In this document: positions 24,738-31,754 of the stretch, one piece after another
How positions within the stretch are numbered: the stretch's first letter is position 1
Layout of the letters: each line of letters opens with the position of its first letter
DNA from: an uncultured Pseudomonadales bacterium
GTDB lineage: Bacteria; Pseudomonadota; Gammaproteobacteria; Pseudomonadales; UBA7239
Assembly: GCA_964534675.1 (NCBI GenBank)
Contig: CAZHQZ010000001.1
Span: 1 to 34,437, forward strand
Reading direction: 5' to 3'
Length of the DNA stretch: 34,437 nt
Position numbers and translations under genes: made by a program
Notes under the pieces: model-generated
Seen by the model: only the letters and a program-made list of their open reading frames with translations
Databases searched by the model: none
Told to the model about the DNA's origin: nothing

Positions 24738-25652
24738 TCAAGCCACCCCAACCCTAGCAGCCATCTTACTATCCAGCTTCTCCATCAAACTCGGCCGTCC
24801 CTTGGCCGAGGTGTGCTGAGCAGTGTCCACTGCCTGCTCTGAAGGATTGTCTGTTTCTGGAAAAAACTCTTCCAAAATATCTGGCACTTCTTCCTCGCTG
24901 GTCTCAAACGCCGCATTCTGAAAACCTAATCGTGCTGCCTGATCGAGACCTTCTTGATCGAACCCTACCGCTTTGCGCTGTACATCTATTTCTCGCGCTT
25001 GCACAATCGCTTGTTCCAACGTCATGCCATCACGCACGGTGATGTCGGCATAGAAAATCGCAGCGCGATAAATTTGCGTGGTGCTTTTGCCGCGCAGTTT
25101 TAATTCCAGCGGCATGCAAGCGAGTAACCCGCCTGACACTGCATGAAAATAATTTAAGCGTGCAGCCAAGGTGCGGATGCTGTTAAACCCCGTGGTACGA
25201 AAAATGAAAGAACCCAACTCATCTTCGTCACCAATGCGAACATTCAAACGTCCGTAAGGCTTGCAACCAGCTTTTGCCAACTCGCAACTTTCTGGCGATG
25301 GGCATGGCAGTGATTGAATCACGCCGTTGCAGGTGCGTTTGCACTGCTCACCGTTGCCCACACACACCGGCCTGCCGTTTTTACGATCAAACAAACTGTA
25401 TTCCGCACGCAGATTGAGATCTGGATCGTTGAACAACAAGCGAATCGGAATAGCGCGCAGCTTGCCGTTATTGGCAGTTTTGCGCAGCTCTTCATCGAAA
25501 GGATGATTGATCCAACCGTCTTTGCCTTGCACTTGTGTGGTGATGGTGAACTGGTCATCTTTTTCTGGCAGGCGTTTGCCGTTCTTTTCAACAACGCGCC
25601 CAATGGAAATCCGCCCTAACAGTGGCGGTGTAATAGCGAGACCTTTAATCAT
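24738..25652 (-). CDS. Conserved-looking Cys-rich protein of unknown function, downstream of the YqaJ exonuclease gene
   Basis: 304 aa from ATG 25652, with AGGAG 8 nt upstream. Cys cluster CVGNGEQCKRTCNGVIQSLPCPSPESCELAKAGCKPYGRLNV. Acidic C-terminal tail. Confidence 0.65.
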   Translation of the reverse strand: MIKGLAITPPLLGRISIGRVVEKNGKRLPEKDDQFTITTQVQGKDGWINHPFDEELRKTANNGKLRAIPIRLLFNDPDLNLRAEYSLFDRKNGRPVCVGNGEQCKRTCNGVIQSLPCPSPESCELAKAGCKPYGRLNVRIGDEDELGSFIFRTTGFNSIRTLAARLNYFHAVSGGLLACMPLELKLRGKSTTQIYRAAIFYADITVRDGMTLEQAIVQAREIDVQRKAVGFDQEGLDQAARLGFQNAAFETSEEEVPDILEEFFPETDNPSEQAVDTAQHTSAKGRPSLMEKLDSKMAARVGVA

Positions 25653-25769
25653 GATGAATCTCCTGAGTAAAAACAAAAGCAATAAACAAATAAAAATCCC
25701 TGCCAGTGTTAGCTGACAAGGATCGTGATGGACTTCTGTGAACAGGCTGGAACGTCTATGGGCAAGCCA

Positions 25770-26732
25770 TTAGGTGTGAATCAAAAACCGTCTACTCCCC
25801 GCTTTGTTTTTCTTCCATGACACAACGCCATTCGCAAAGACAACCTTGCTCGCATCCCCCATGTGTTGCTGTAAGGTTTGCTTGCGTTCATCTTCGATCT
25901 GCTGGGCTCTGGCTACGTCTTCACGCGCCACCAATAAATCGGTGAACACCTGACACAAATACGGATCGTGGGTAAAGTCCAGCGTGTCGCCGCTGTCGTT
26001 GGGATATAGGTAACGTAGTGACTTGCCTGCTGATTCAGAGCCATCCGCAGGTGGCGGTGTATCGGTTTCAACGTAATGCCAAAATTGCCGCTCCAATGCG
26101 ATCAATTTTTCAATCAAGACTTCATCGCGCTCAATGCGATAAATCTTGATTTCTTGTCCACACAACAACACACAAACATCCGCTGCGGCTTTGCCGGTCA
26201 CAGCCAATTGGTGTTGCACTTGGCATTGCACATAGTCCGGCACACCATCGCGCCACAATTTACTGCCCCACTCGCCAGCGGTTTTGCATTCGAGTATTTG
26301 CACGTCAGCATGATTGATTACGGCGTAATCCAGATTGGCCAGCATCCAGTGTTTATCGGCATCAGGGTGTTGCAATACCGCATTCACTTTTCTGACTTTG
26401 TTGCCTGTGTGTTTGGTGTAGTGCTGCGCCACAATCGGTTCAAGGATATTGCCCCAATACATCGGTGAGGATTCATCATCGGGATCGGGTTTAGGCATAT
26501 CGCCATCACGCCCAGTTTTGATCATCCACAATTCCAATGGCGATTGATACGGACTAACACCCACCGCTGCGGCGGCATCACTGGCACCGATACCTTGTTT
26601 GCGAATATCAAGCCATGCGTCGCGTTGCATGTCTTGCGTGGACACCAACTGCAAAGCACCGTGTCGATGACGTTGCGCGTTTTTTGTGTTGGCGTTTGTA
26701 TTTGTGTTTGCCTTTTCTTTTGCGTGTTGCAT
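25770..26732 (-). CDS. YqaJ-family viral recombinase exonuclease (lambda-Exo-like, PD-(D/E)XK)
   Basis: GIGASDAAAAVGVSPYQSPLELWMIKTG, then ANLDY...ILECKT and the rest of the YqaJ signature. AGGAG lies before the ATG at 26732. Confidence 0.85.
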   Translation of the reverse strand: MQHAKEKANTNTNANTKNAQRHRHGALQLVSTQDMQRDAWLDIRKQGIGASDAAAAVGVSPYQSPLELWMIKTGRDGDMPKPDPDDESSPMYWGNILEPIVAQHYTKHTGNKVRKVNAVLQHPDADKHWMLANLDYAVINHADVQILECKTAGEWGSKLWRDGVPDYVQCQVQHQLAVTGKAAADVCVLLCGQEIKIYRIERDEVLIEKLIALERQFWHYVETDTPPPADGSESAGKSLRYLYPNDSGDTLDFTHDPYLCQVFTDLLVAREDVARAQQIEDERKQTLQQHMGDASKVVFANGVVSWKKNKAGSRRFLIHT

Positions 26733-26744
26733 GTTGTGTCTCCT

Positions 26745-26784
26745 AAAAATAAAAAGCCCAGCTGATCGCTCAGCTGGGCTTTTT
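26745..26784 (-). terminator. Rho-independent terminator (bidirectional hairpin)
   Basis: AGCCCAGCTG-atcgct-CAGCTGGGCT is a perfect 10-bp stem flanked by an A-run and a T-run. It lies between two minus-strand genes. Confidence 0.7.
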
Positions 26785-26828
26785 ATATGTGTTGGGTGAA
26801 AAGGTTGAGTTGAACGATAGATGAAGCG

Positions 26829-27587
26829 TTATCGCGGCAATCGGCTTTCTGAAAACACCACTGCATTGGGATGGATATAAGACAACAAAGACCACCACCA
26901 CGGTTGCTCCGTTAATGGCGCATGTTGATCGGCGCTGCCGTCATTGCCACTCACATGCACTTCCAAACAACAGGGATTGGCCAGCAGTTCTTGCACGAGT
27001 GCCCATTCGATACAGCGCGTGTGCGTTGCAACGATATGCAGATGCGACAAGTCCACGGCGTAATGCACACCGGATGCCAATAACTGACGGTATTCCGCCC
27101 AATCACTGAACAGCCATGTATTGTTTGGCGTGGGGTAATGCCCTTCGATGCCGACCGGTATACCAAACAACTGCTCGATGGCTTTGGTGTGATTCAGCAC
27201 ATCGTTGATCGACGCAGTGCTGCGCTTGCCTGCGTGTGCGGTATACGCCGGTGCATGCAATGCAGCAGACACCTTGGCGGCTTGCGCAAACCACGCTTTT
27301 TGCATTGGCCAATCACACAGATCTACAAACTGCATCCGATCCGTGACGTGCACGTTAGCGTGTAATCGCCACTGCACGTTTGAAAAATCCTCGTGTAAGG
27401 CTTGCGCTGTCTCTACCGTCAGTTGCCCACGGTTTTGCGGACACAGTTGCAAGTGCGCGGTGGAGAGTTGTCCAAACCATGGATCCACAGGCGTGTGTGT
27501 AAACACCGATTGCACGGCTTGTTCGTGTGTCACGCGCCCATAGCTGCCCAGCGAGATACACACACGTTCGTCACAGTGCGTGTTCAT
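26829..27587 (-). CDS. Putative metal-dependent TIM-barrel protein (xylose-isomerase-like / DUF692-like), tentative
   Basis: 252 aa from ATG 27587 (MNTHCDERV...). Motif spacing AYTAHAG...VGIEGHYP...YAVDLSHLHIV...LEVHVSGNDGSADQH resembles the His/Glu/Asp ligand pattern of that fold. The assignment is from motif memory only. Confidence 0.45.
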   Translation of the reverse strand: MNTHCDERVCISLGSYGRVTHEQAVQSVFTHTPVDPWFGQLSTAHLQLCPQNRGQLTVETAQALHEDFSNVQWRLHANVHVTDRMQFVDLCDWPMQKAWFAQAAKVSAALHAPAYTAHAGKRSTASINDVLNHTKAIEQLFGIPVGIEGHYPTPNNTWLFSDWAEYRQLLASGVHYAVDLSHLHIVATHTRCIEWALVQELLANPCCLEVHVSGNDGSADQHAPLTEQPWWWSLLSYIHPNAVVFSESRLPR

Positions 27588-28005
27588 ACACAGAACTCTC
27601 GGTATAAAACTCGCGGTGTTCCAATGCGCAACGCCATGCAGTGACATCAATAGTGAACGTGCCACTCGAACCGTCATTGATCTCCCAGCCGGGATACAGC
27701 GATTCCACGCAATCAAGCGCGTATCGTTTTAGCGCCTCTGCCAATGAACACGGCTTTTCCAGCACCAGTTGATACAACCGCCAATCTTCTTGTGCGTGTG
27801 CCACTTGCCATAGTGCAATCGATTCTTTTTCCAGCACAGTATCCAGTGATACCGGTGTAACCGATAATTCTTCCACGCCACCGGAATCGCCACCGCCCGC
27901 ATACACCACGCACACTTCACTCACACCCAACGGGGCTAAACACTCTAGCAACACCTGACGATTCAAGCTCAATGCTTGTTTAAACAATGCCGTGTGATTC
28001 AGCAT
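27571..28005 (-). CDS. Hypothetical protein, 144 aa
   Basis: ORF with AGGAG before the ATG at 28005. It overlaps the next gene start by 17 nt. Family not recognised. Confidence 0.6.
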   Translation of the reverse strand: MLNHTALFKQALSLNRQVLLECLAPLGVSEVCVVYAGGGDSGGVEELSVTPVSLDTVLEKESIALWQVAHAQEDWRLYQLVLEKPCSLAEALKRYALDCVESLYPGWEINDGSSGTFTIDVTAWRCALEHREFYTESSVYEHAL

Positions 28006-28028
28006 AAAAGACTCCTAAAAATGACAGA

Positions 28029-28064
28029 CAAAAAAATGCTCGGCACTGCCGAAGCAGCCCGAGC
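28029..28064 (-). terminator. Rho-independent terminator after the DUF932 gene
   Basis: The minus strand reads GCTCGGGCTGCTTCGGCAGTGCCGAGC followed by ATTTTTTT. Confidence 0.65.
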
Positions 28065-28085
28065 GTGATGAAGTAACAATAAATA

Positions 28086-29060
28086 CTACGCAGCCATCGA
28101 TAACGCCAAATCCAATGCGTTTTGTTTGATCACTGCACCCGCACCAAACCAAGCTGAATCGAGGCGGTTATCCGCACTGTGCGCACGGCGTTCGTGATCG
28201 ACAAACTCCGTCACCGCATTGAGCAAGCCATAAGCCGTGCCTTTAGCAGACACCAAATTCGATCCACGTCCGCGCCCATCAAACAGCTCCAATGTTTTTG
28301 CCATGGAGCGTTCGTTGGTTTTAGCAAACACCGGCTTGTGTTGTGCTTTGCTCGGTTCACTGAACACGCGCAAGAAAAAGTTTTCTGCTTCTTTCGCGCT
28401 CACTTTGCGTTCAGCCAAGGTTTTCATGCTGCGCATAAAGTTATCCCAGCCAGAGACAGAAATCCCCAACTGCTGTTTCACGACTTGTGCATCAAACTTC
28501 GTGCTGTGAGGCACTTTCACACAGCCACGGTTATCACTCAGAGCCACGGCCAATGTGTTGTTGCACACCACGCGAATGCTGGTGAACTGCGCCGTCGTTG
28601 CCAACGTGCCATCGCAAGCGGTGGCCAACAAAATATAGCCCTGTGTGACATCTTTCCCTTTGAGTGAAAAATCCTGACCAGTTTTTGCCAATGCCCAAAA
28701 CTTTTTACCGCCTTTTAAAACACCGGCGGTTTCCAGTTCAAAGCCAGACACTTCGGTGAGATCGCGATAAAACTCCAAAATCTCACGCGGCTGCACCACC
28801 TGATAACGGTTGCTGACCACTGATAACGGCGCGTGCGTATCCGAGCGATACAACACTTTGTTGTCATCAAACGAGAGGATTTCACCAAACTGCTTATTGG
28901 TTTTGCTGGTCACAAACCGCACAGGGGTATCCAAAATATCCCAATCCATACCGGCTTGTTTTGCCCATACGTCTAACGATTGACGTGGAGCCAGTGCATG
29001 ACCCAGACCATGCCAAGGTGTTTGACCCACATAGGCCATGTTTTCAACGAGATGTGCCAT
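28086..29060 (-). CDS. DUF932 (phage/plasmid-like, YfjQ-type) protein
   Basis: MAHLVENMAYVGQTPWHGLGHAL...DWDI is the characteristic N-terminus of the DUF932/TIGR03299 family common in genomic islands. GGAGA lies before the ATG. Confidence 0.85.
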   Translation of the reverse strand: MAHLVENMAYVGQTPWHGLGHALAPRQSLDVWAKQAGMDWDILDTPVRFVTSKTNKQFGEILSFDDNKVLYRSDTHAPLSVVSNRYQVVQPREILEFYRDLTEVSGFELETAGVLKGGKKFWALAKTGQDFSLKGKDVTQGYILLATACDGTLATTAQFTSIRVVCNNTLAVALSDNRGCVKVPHSTKFDAQVVKQQLGISVSGWDNFMRSMKTLAERKVSAKEAENFFLRVFSEPSKAQHKPVFAKTNERSMAKTLELFDGRGRGSNLVSAKGTAYGLLNAVTEFVDHERRAHSADNRLDSAWFGAGAVIKQNALDLALSMAA

Positions 29061-29084
29061 AAAAATTTCTCCACAATGAAAAAC

Positions 29085-29114
29085 GCATAAAACCCCGCCA
29101 GCAACACTGGCGAG
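29085..29114 (-). terminator. Candidate rho-independent terminator
   Basis: The minus strand reads CCTCGCCAG-tgttg-CTGGCGGGG followed by TTTTATGCGTTTTT. It lies downstream of 29154..29498. Confidence 0.55.
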
Positions 29115-29153
29115 GAAATCGTTGGGTTTGATGAATAAAAAGAGGAGGAGTGA

Positions 29154-29498
29154 CTAACGAAAGATTGGACGGTGCAGACTGAATTTGTAACGGCAATCCA
29201 GACAGTGGTAATTGTTCAGGATATTTTCATCCATCACTTCACCGAGGGCAGAGCCGGTTGTGCTGCCGGCGATACCGCCGACAAACAGGCCACCGATTAC
29301 CGCGCCGGTCATGGCACCGACTGTTGAACCGATAGGGCCGTACGGACTACCAATGACCATACCGGTACGTGCGCCGTTCAACGCGGCAGCAATGCCACCG
29401 ATAGAACCGACAATCGTGCCGATGGAGCCAAACGTTTTCTTGGCATTGTTGCGGACATCAATCCGTTCGGACTGACATTTGGGACATTGCAATGACAT
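29154..29498 (-). CDS. Small membrane protein: glycine-zipper segment inserted between the two halves of a zinc ribbon
   Basis: MSLQCPKCQS...GSIGTIVGSIGGIAAALNGARTGMVIGSPYGPIGSTVGAMTGAVIGGLFVGGIAGSTTGSALG...YHCLDCRYKF. AGGAG lies 7 nt before ATG 29498; the track start 29504 is only 1 nt from the SD. Confidence 0.7.
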   Translation of the reverse strand: MSLQCPKCQSERIDVRNNAKKTFGSIGTIVGSIGGIAAALNGARTGMVIGSPYGPIGSTVGAMTGAVIGGLFVGGIAGSTTGSALGEVMDENILNNYHCLDCRYKFSLHRPIFR

Positions 29499-29662
29499 AG
29501 GCATTCTCCTGTAGGGGTTAATGTCATGGCGATAATGTGTGAATGAAATTTTCTAGGTTCCATTGGAAAAATTGTAGCGATCTTGATTTTCAAGCTACGA
29601 TCACTGAATTCTTGCACATAAGAAACTGTCTAATTAAGCTCGTTCTAGATCAACATTCATAC

Positions 29663-30010
29663 TTAACTTCCCAGCATATCGCACAGATCCTCTACAACAC
29701 TTGCCAATCGCTGCCGCTTATCTAAAGGCAGGTTTTGCATCAAAGCTGTTATCCGCTGAGCCTCCGGGTACACCTCCTCTGGGTACTCGGCCAATAGTGC
29801 AGCAATGGTGGTGTCCAGCAGCCCAGCCAGTTTTTCCAGTGCCGTCAGCGATGGCAAGGTCACGCCGCGCTCAAACCGTGAAATGGATTCAGGTTCCATC
29901 TTCATCTGCTCGGCCAGATGCGCCTGCGTCAAGCCTAGCTCTTTGCGCCGTTGGCTGAGGTTGGTGCTGAAGCGGGCAGACAGGCTGCTGGATTGTGGAA
30001 TATCAACCAT
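29663..30010 (-). CDS. XRE-family HTH transcriptional regulator
   Basis: LSQRRKELGLTQAHLAEQMKMEPESISRFERGVTLPSLTALEKLAGLLDTTIAALL. ATG 30010 is preceded by GAGG; the track start 30070 is over-extended. Confidence 0.85.
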   Translation of the reverse strand: MVDIPQSSSLSARFSTNLSQRRKELGLTQAHLAEQMKMEPESISRFERGVTLPSLTALEKLAGLLDTTIAALLAEYPEEVYPEAQRITALMQNLPLDKRQRLASVVEDLCDMLGS

Positions 30011-30076
30011 AAATGTTGCCTCATGCAATCTTTTATGGTTGACCTCATTACAACGCTCTGACAGAATCAAATAAGT

Positions 30077-30091
30077 TGTCTTATTTAGACA
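30077..30091. promoter_or_regulatory. Candidate operator: inverted repeat TGTCT-N5-AGACA in the divergent XRE/GTPase intergenic region
   Basis: TGTCTtatttAGACA lies 67 nt upstream of the XRE start. It is only 5+5 bp, so it could be chance. Confidence 0.2.
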
Positions 30092-30262
30092 TATTTTGTT
30101 CAGTTTGATGCCGTGTAACCAGAGGAGCTGACATGAAAACCTACCACCTCAATACCCCCCGTCTTCACTTTCAGGCTTGAGCAGTAGCAACGCCTTGCGG
30201 CGGCGGAAACAGAATCGAATCAGTACAACTTTTCACTTCATGCGACAAATAAGGAAGAAACA

Positions 30263-31339
30263 ATGCAGAATCTTGAAGACCTACTGAAAGAAGTAATACA
30301 GAAAGCCAGCACAGAACGCGGTAACGTAAACATTTTGATTGCCGGACGATCTGGTGTAGGAAAGAGCACCCTGATCAATGCGGTATTTCAACAAGACCTT
30401 GCAGAGACTGGACAAGGTCGCCCTGTCACACAAAGCATCAGAGAAATAACCAAAGATGGGGTTCCACTCACAATATTTGATACGCGTGGACTAGAAATGT
30501 CTCAATACCAAGAGACATTATCTGAACTCGAAAAAGTAATTAAAGATCGTAACAGTGATAAAGATTCAAATAGACATATTCATGTCGCGTGGCTTTGTAT
30601 TCAGGAAGACGGACGACGGGTAGAAAGCGCAGAAATCGCTTTGCATAACATGCTATCCGAGCGTGTCCCATTAATTACAGTTATAACGAAGGCAAGAAAC
30701 GACAACGGATTCAAAAACGAAGCCCTTGGACTATTGCCTAAGTCAAAAAATGTGATCCGAGTTCGAGCCATTCAAGAGGAACTGGATGATGGGTACACAC
30801 TACAGCCTACAGGTCTTGATAACCTTATAGAGCTGACTTCAGAAGTCATTCCCGAGGGAAAGCGTAGAGCCTTGGCCGCCGCACAAAAAGCCAATCTCAA
30901 TTACACCAAAGCGCAGGCACATAAAATTGTTGCTGGAGCGGCAATAACTGCGGCTGCGGCTGGCGCAAATCCCATTCCATTTTCAGATGTCGCAATTCTT
31001 GCTCCAATCCAGATTGGAATGATTGCTGGAATTACTTCTGTTTTTGGTGTCGAACTATCCAAAGGAACCCTAAGTACCCTCGTGACATCTGCAATCGGCG
31101 TGGGTGGAGCGACATTCGTTGGGCGAACGATCGTTGTTAACGTCATGAAATGTTTTCCCGGTCTTGGAACAGTGGCTGGCGGCACAATTTCAGCGACAAC
31201 GGCAAGTGCAATCACTATCGGCCTCGGGGAGGCATACATAGCAGTTCTTGCAAAAATCTTCTTGGACAATCCAGATGCTACTCCTAGCGCAACAGATATT
31301 GCAGAAAAACTAAAAGAAGAAATGAGTGCCAAGAAGTAA
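30263..31339 (+). CDS. P-loop GTPase (YfjP/YeeP-like, MMR_HSR1-type) fused to a DUF697-like membrane domain
   Basis: G1 IAGRSGVGKST, G3 FDTRGLE, ITKARND at the G4 position. The C-terminal ~140 aa are Gly/Ala/Ile-rich: AGANPIPFSDVAILAPIQIGMIAGITSVFG...GVGGATFVGRTIV. AAGGAAG lies before the ATG. Confidence 0.8.
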   Translation: MQNLEDLLKEVIQKASTERGNVNILIAGRSGVGKSTLINAVFQQDLAETGQGRPVTQSIREITKDGVPLTIFDTRGLEMSQYQETLSELEKVIKDRNSDKDSNRHIHVAWLCIQEDGRRVESAEIALHNMLSERVPLITVITKARNDNGFKNEALGLLPKSKNVIRVRAIQEELDDGYTLQPTGLDNLIELTSEVIPEGKRRALAAAQKANLNYTKAQAHKIVAGAAITAAAAGANPIPFSDVAILAPIQIGMIAGITSVFGVELSKGTLSTLVTSAIGVGGATFVGRTIVVNVMKCFPGLGTVAGGTISATTASAITIGLGEAYIAVLAKIFLDNPDATPSATDIAEKLKEEMSAKK

Positions 31340-31403
31340 TGATGGATTCCTCCACTAAAAAACATTTCTTTAGAAAATCCCTTGTTTTGGCGATAAAAAA
31401 ACC

Positions 31404-31424
31404 GCGCGACAACCTATGTCGCGC
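31404..31424. terminator. Hairpin GCGCGACA-accta-TGTCGCGC, orientation ambiguous
   Basis: A perfect 8-bp stem. The A7 run lies on its left, so the T-run is on the minus strand, yet the only convincing neighbouring genes are on the plus strand. Confidence 0.3.
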
Positions 31425-31506
31425 AAAATACAAAACGGCGTTTTGGAAAGATTAGCGCGACTAATATGAAGCTCATAGACTAGATCATCGTCTAAAGGAA
31501 TGAGAT

Positions 31507-31713
31507 ATGCCGGTTGGTATCACAAGGGTTCTAAAGTTTACCTGCGAAAAATGCAAACGCTCTCGCATCGTCAACACGATAGGTGACTGCATTCACACTC
31601 CAACCTGCCGGCGTTGTGGCTGCACCATGCAAAGAGCAAATGATGATACGGCAGTAAAACTGGCTGGAGTACTGGGCAAGCTGGCCAAGCGCATGGGAAT
31701 TAGGTTGTTTTAA
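31507..31713 (+). CDS. Small zinc-ribbon protein (68 aa)
   Basis: CEKC...(17 aa)...CRRCGC plus a basic C-terminal helix. AGGAA lies before the ATG. It looks more protein-like than the overlapping antisense ORF 31531..31755. Confidence 0.45.
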   Translation: MPVGITRVLKFTCEKCKRSRIVNTIGDCIHTPTCRRCGCTMQRANDDTAVKLAGVLGKLAKRMGIRLF

Positions 31714-31754
31714 CGCTGAAATTACAAAATATTTATGCAGGGTGTCACAAAACA

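Noticed and set aside
30133-30180. 15-codon mini-ORF (MKTYHLNTPRLHFQA) in the XRE/GTPase intergenic region, possible leader peptide
   Set aside because: It is too short to evaluate. GAGGAG does lie upstream, but nothing links it to an attenuator structure, so it could be chance.
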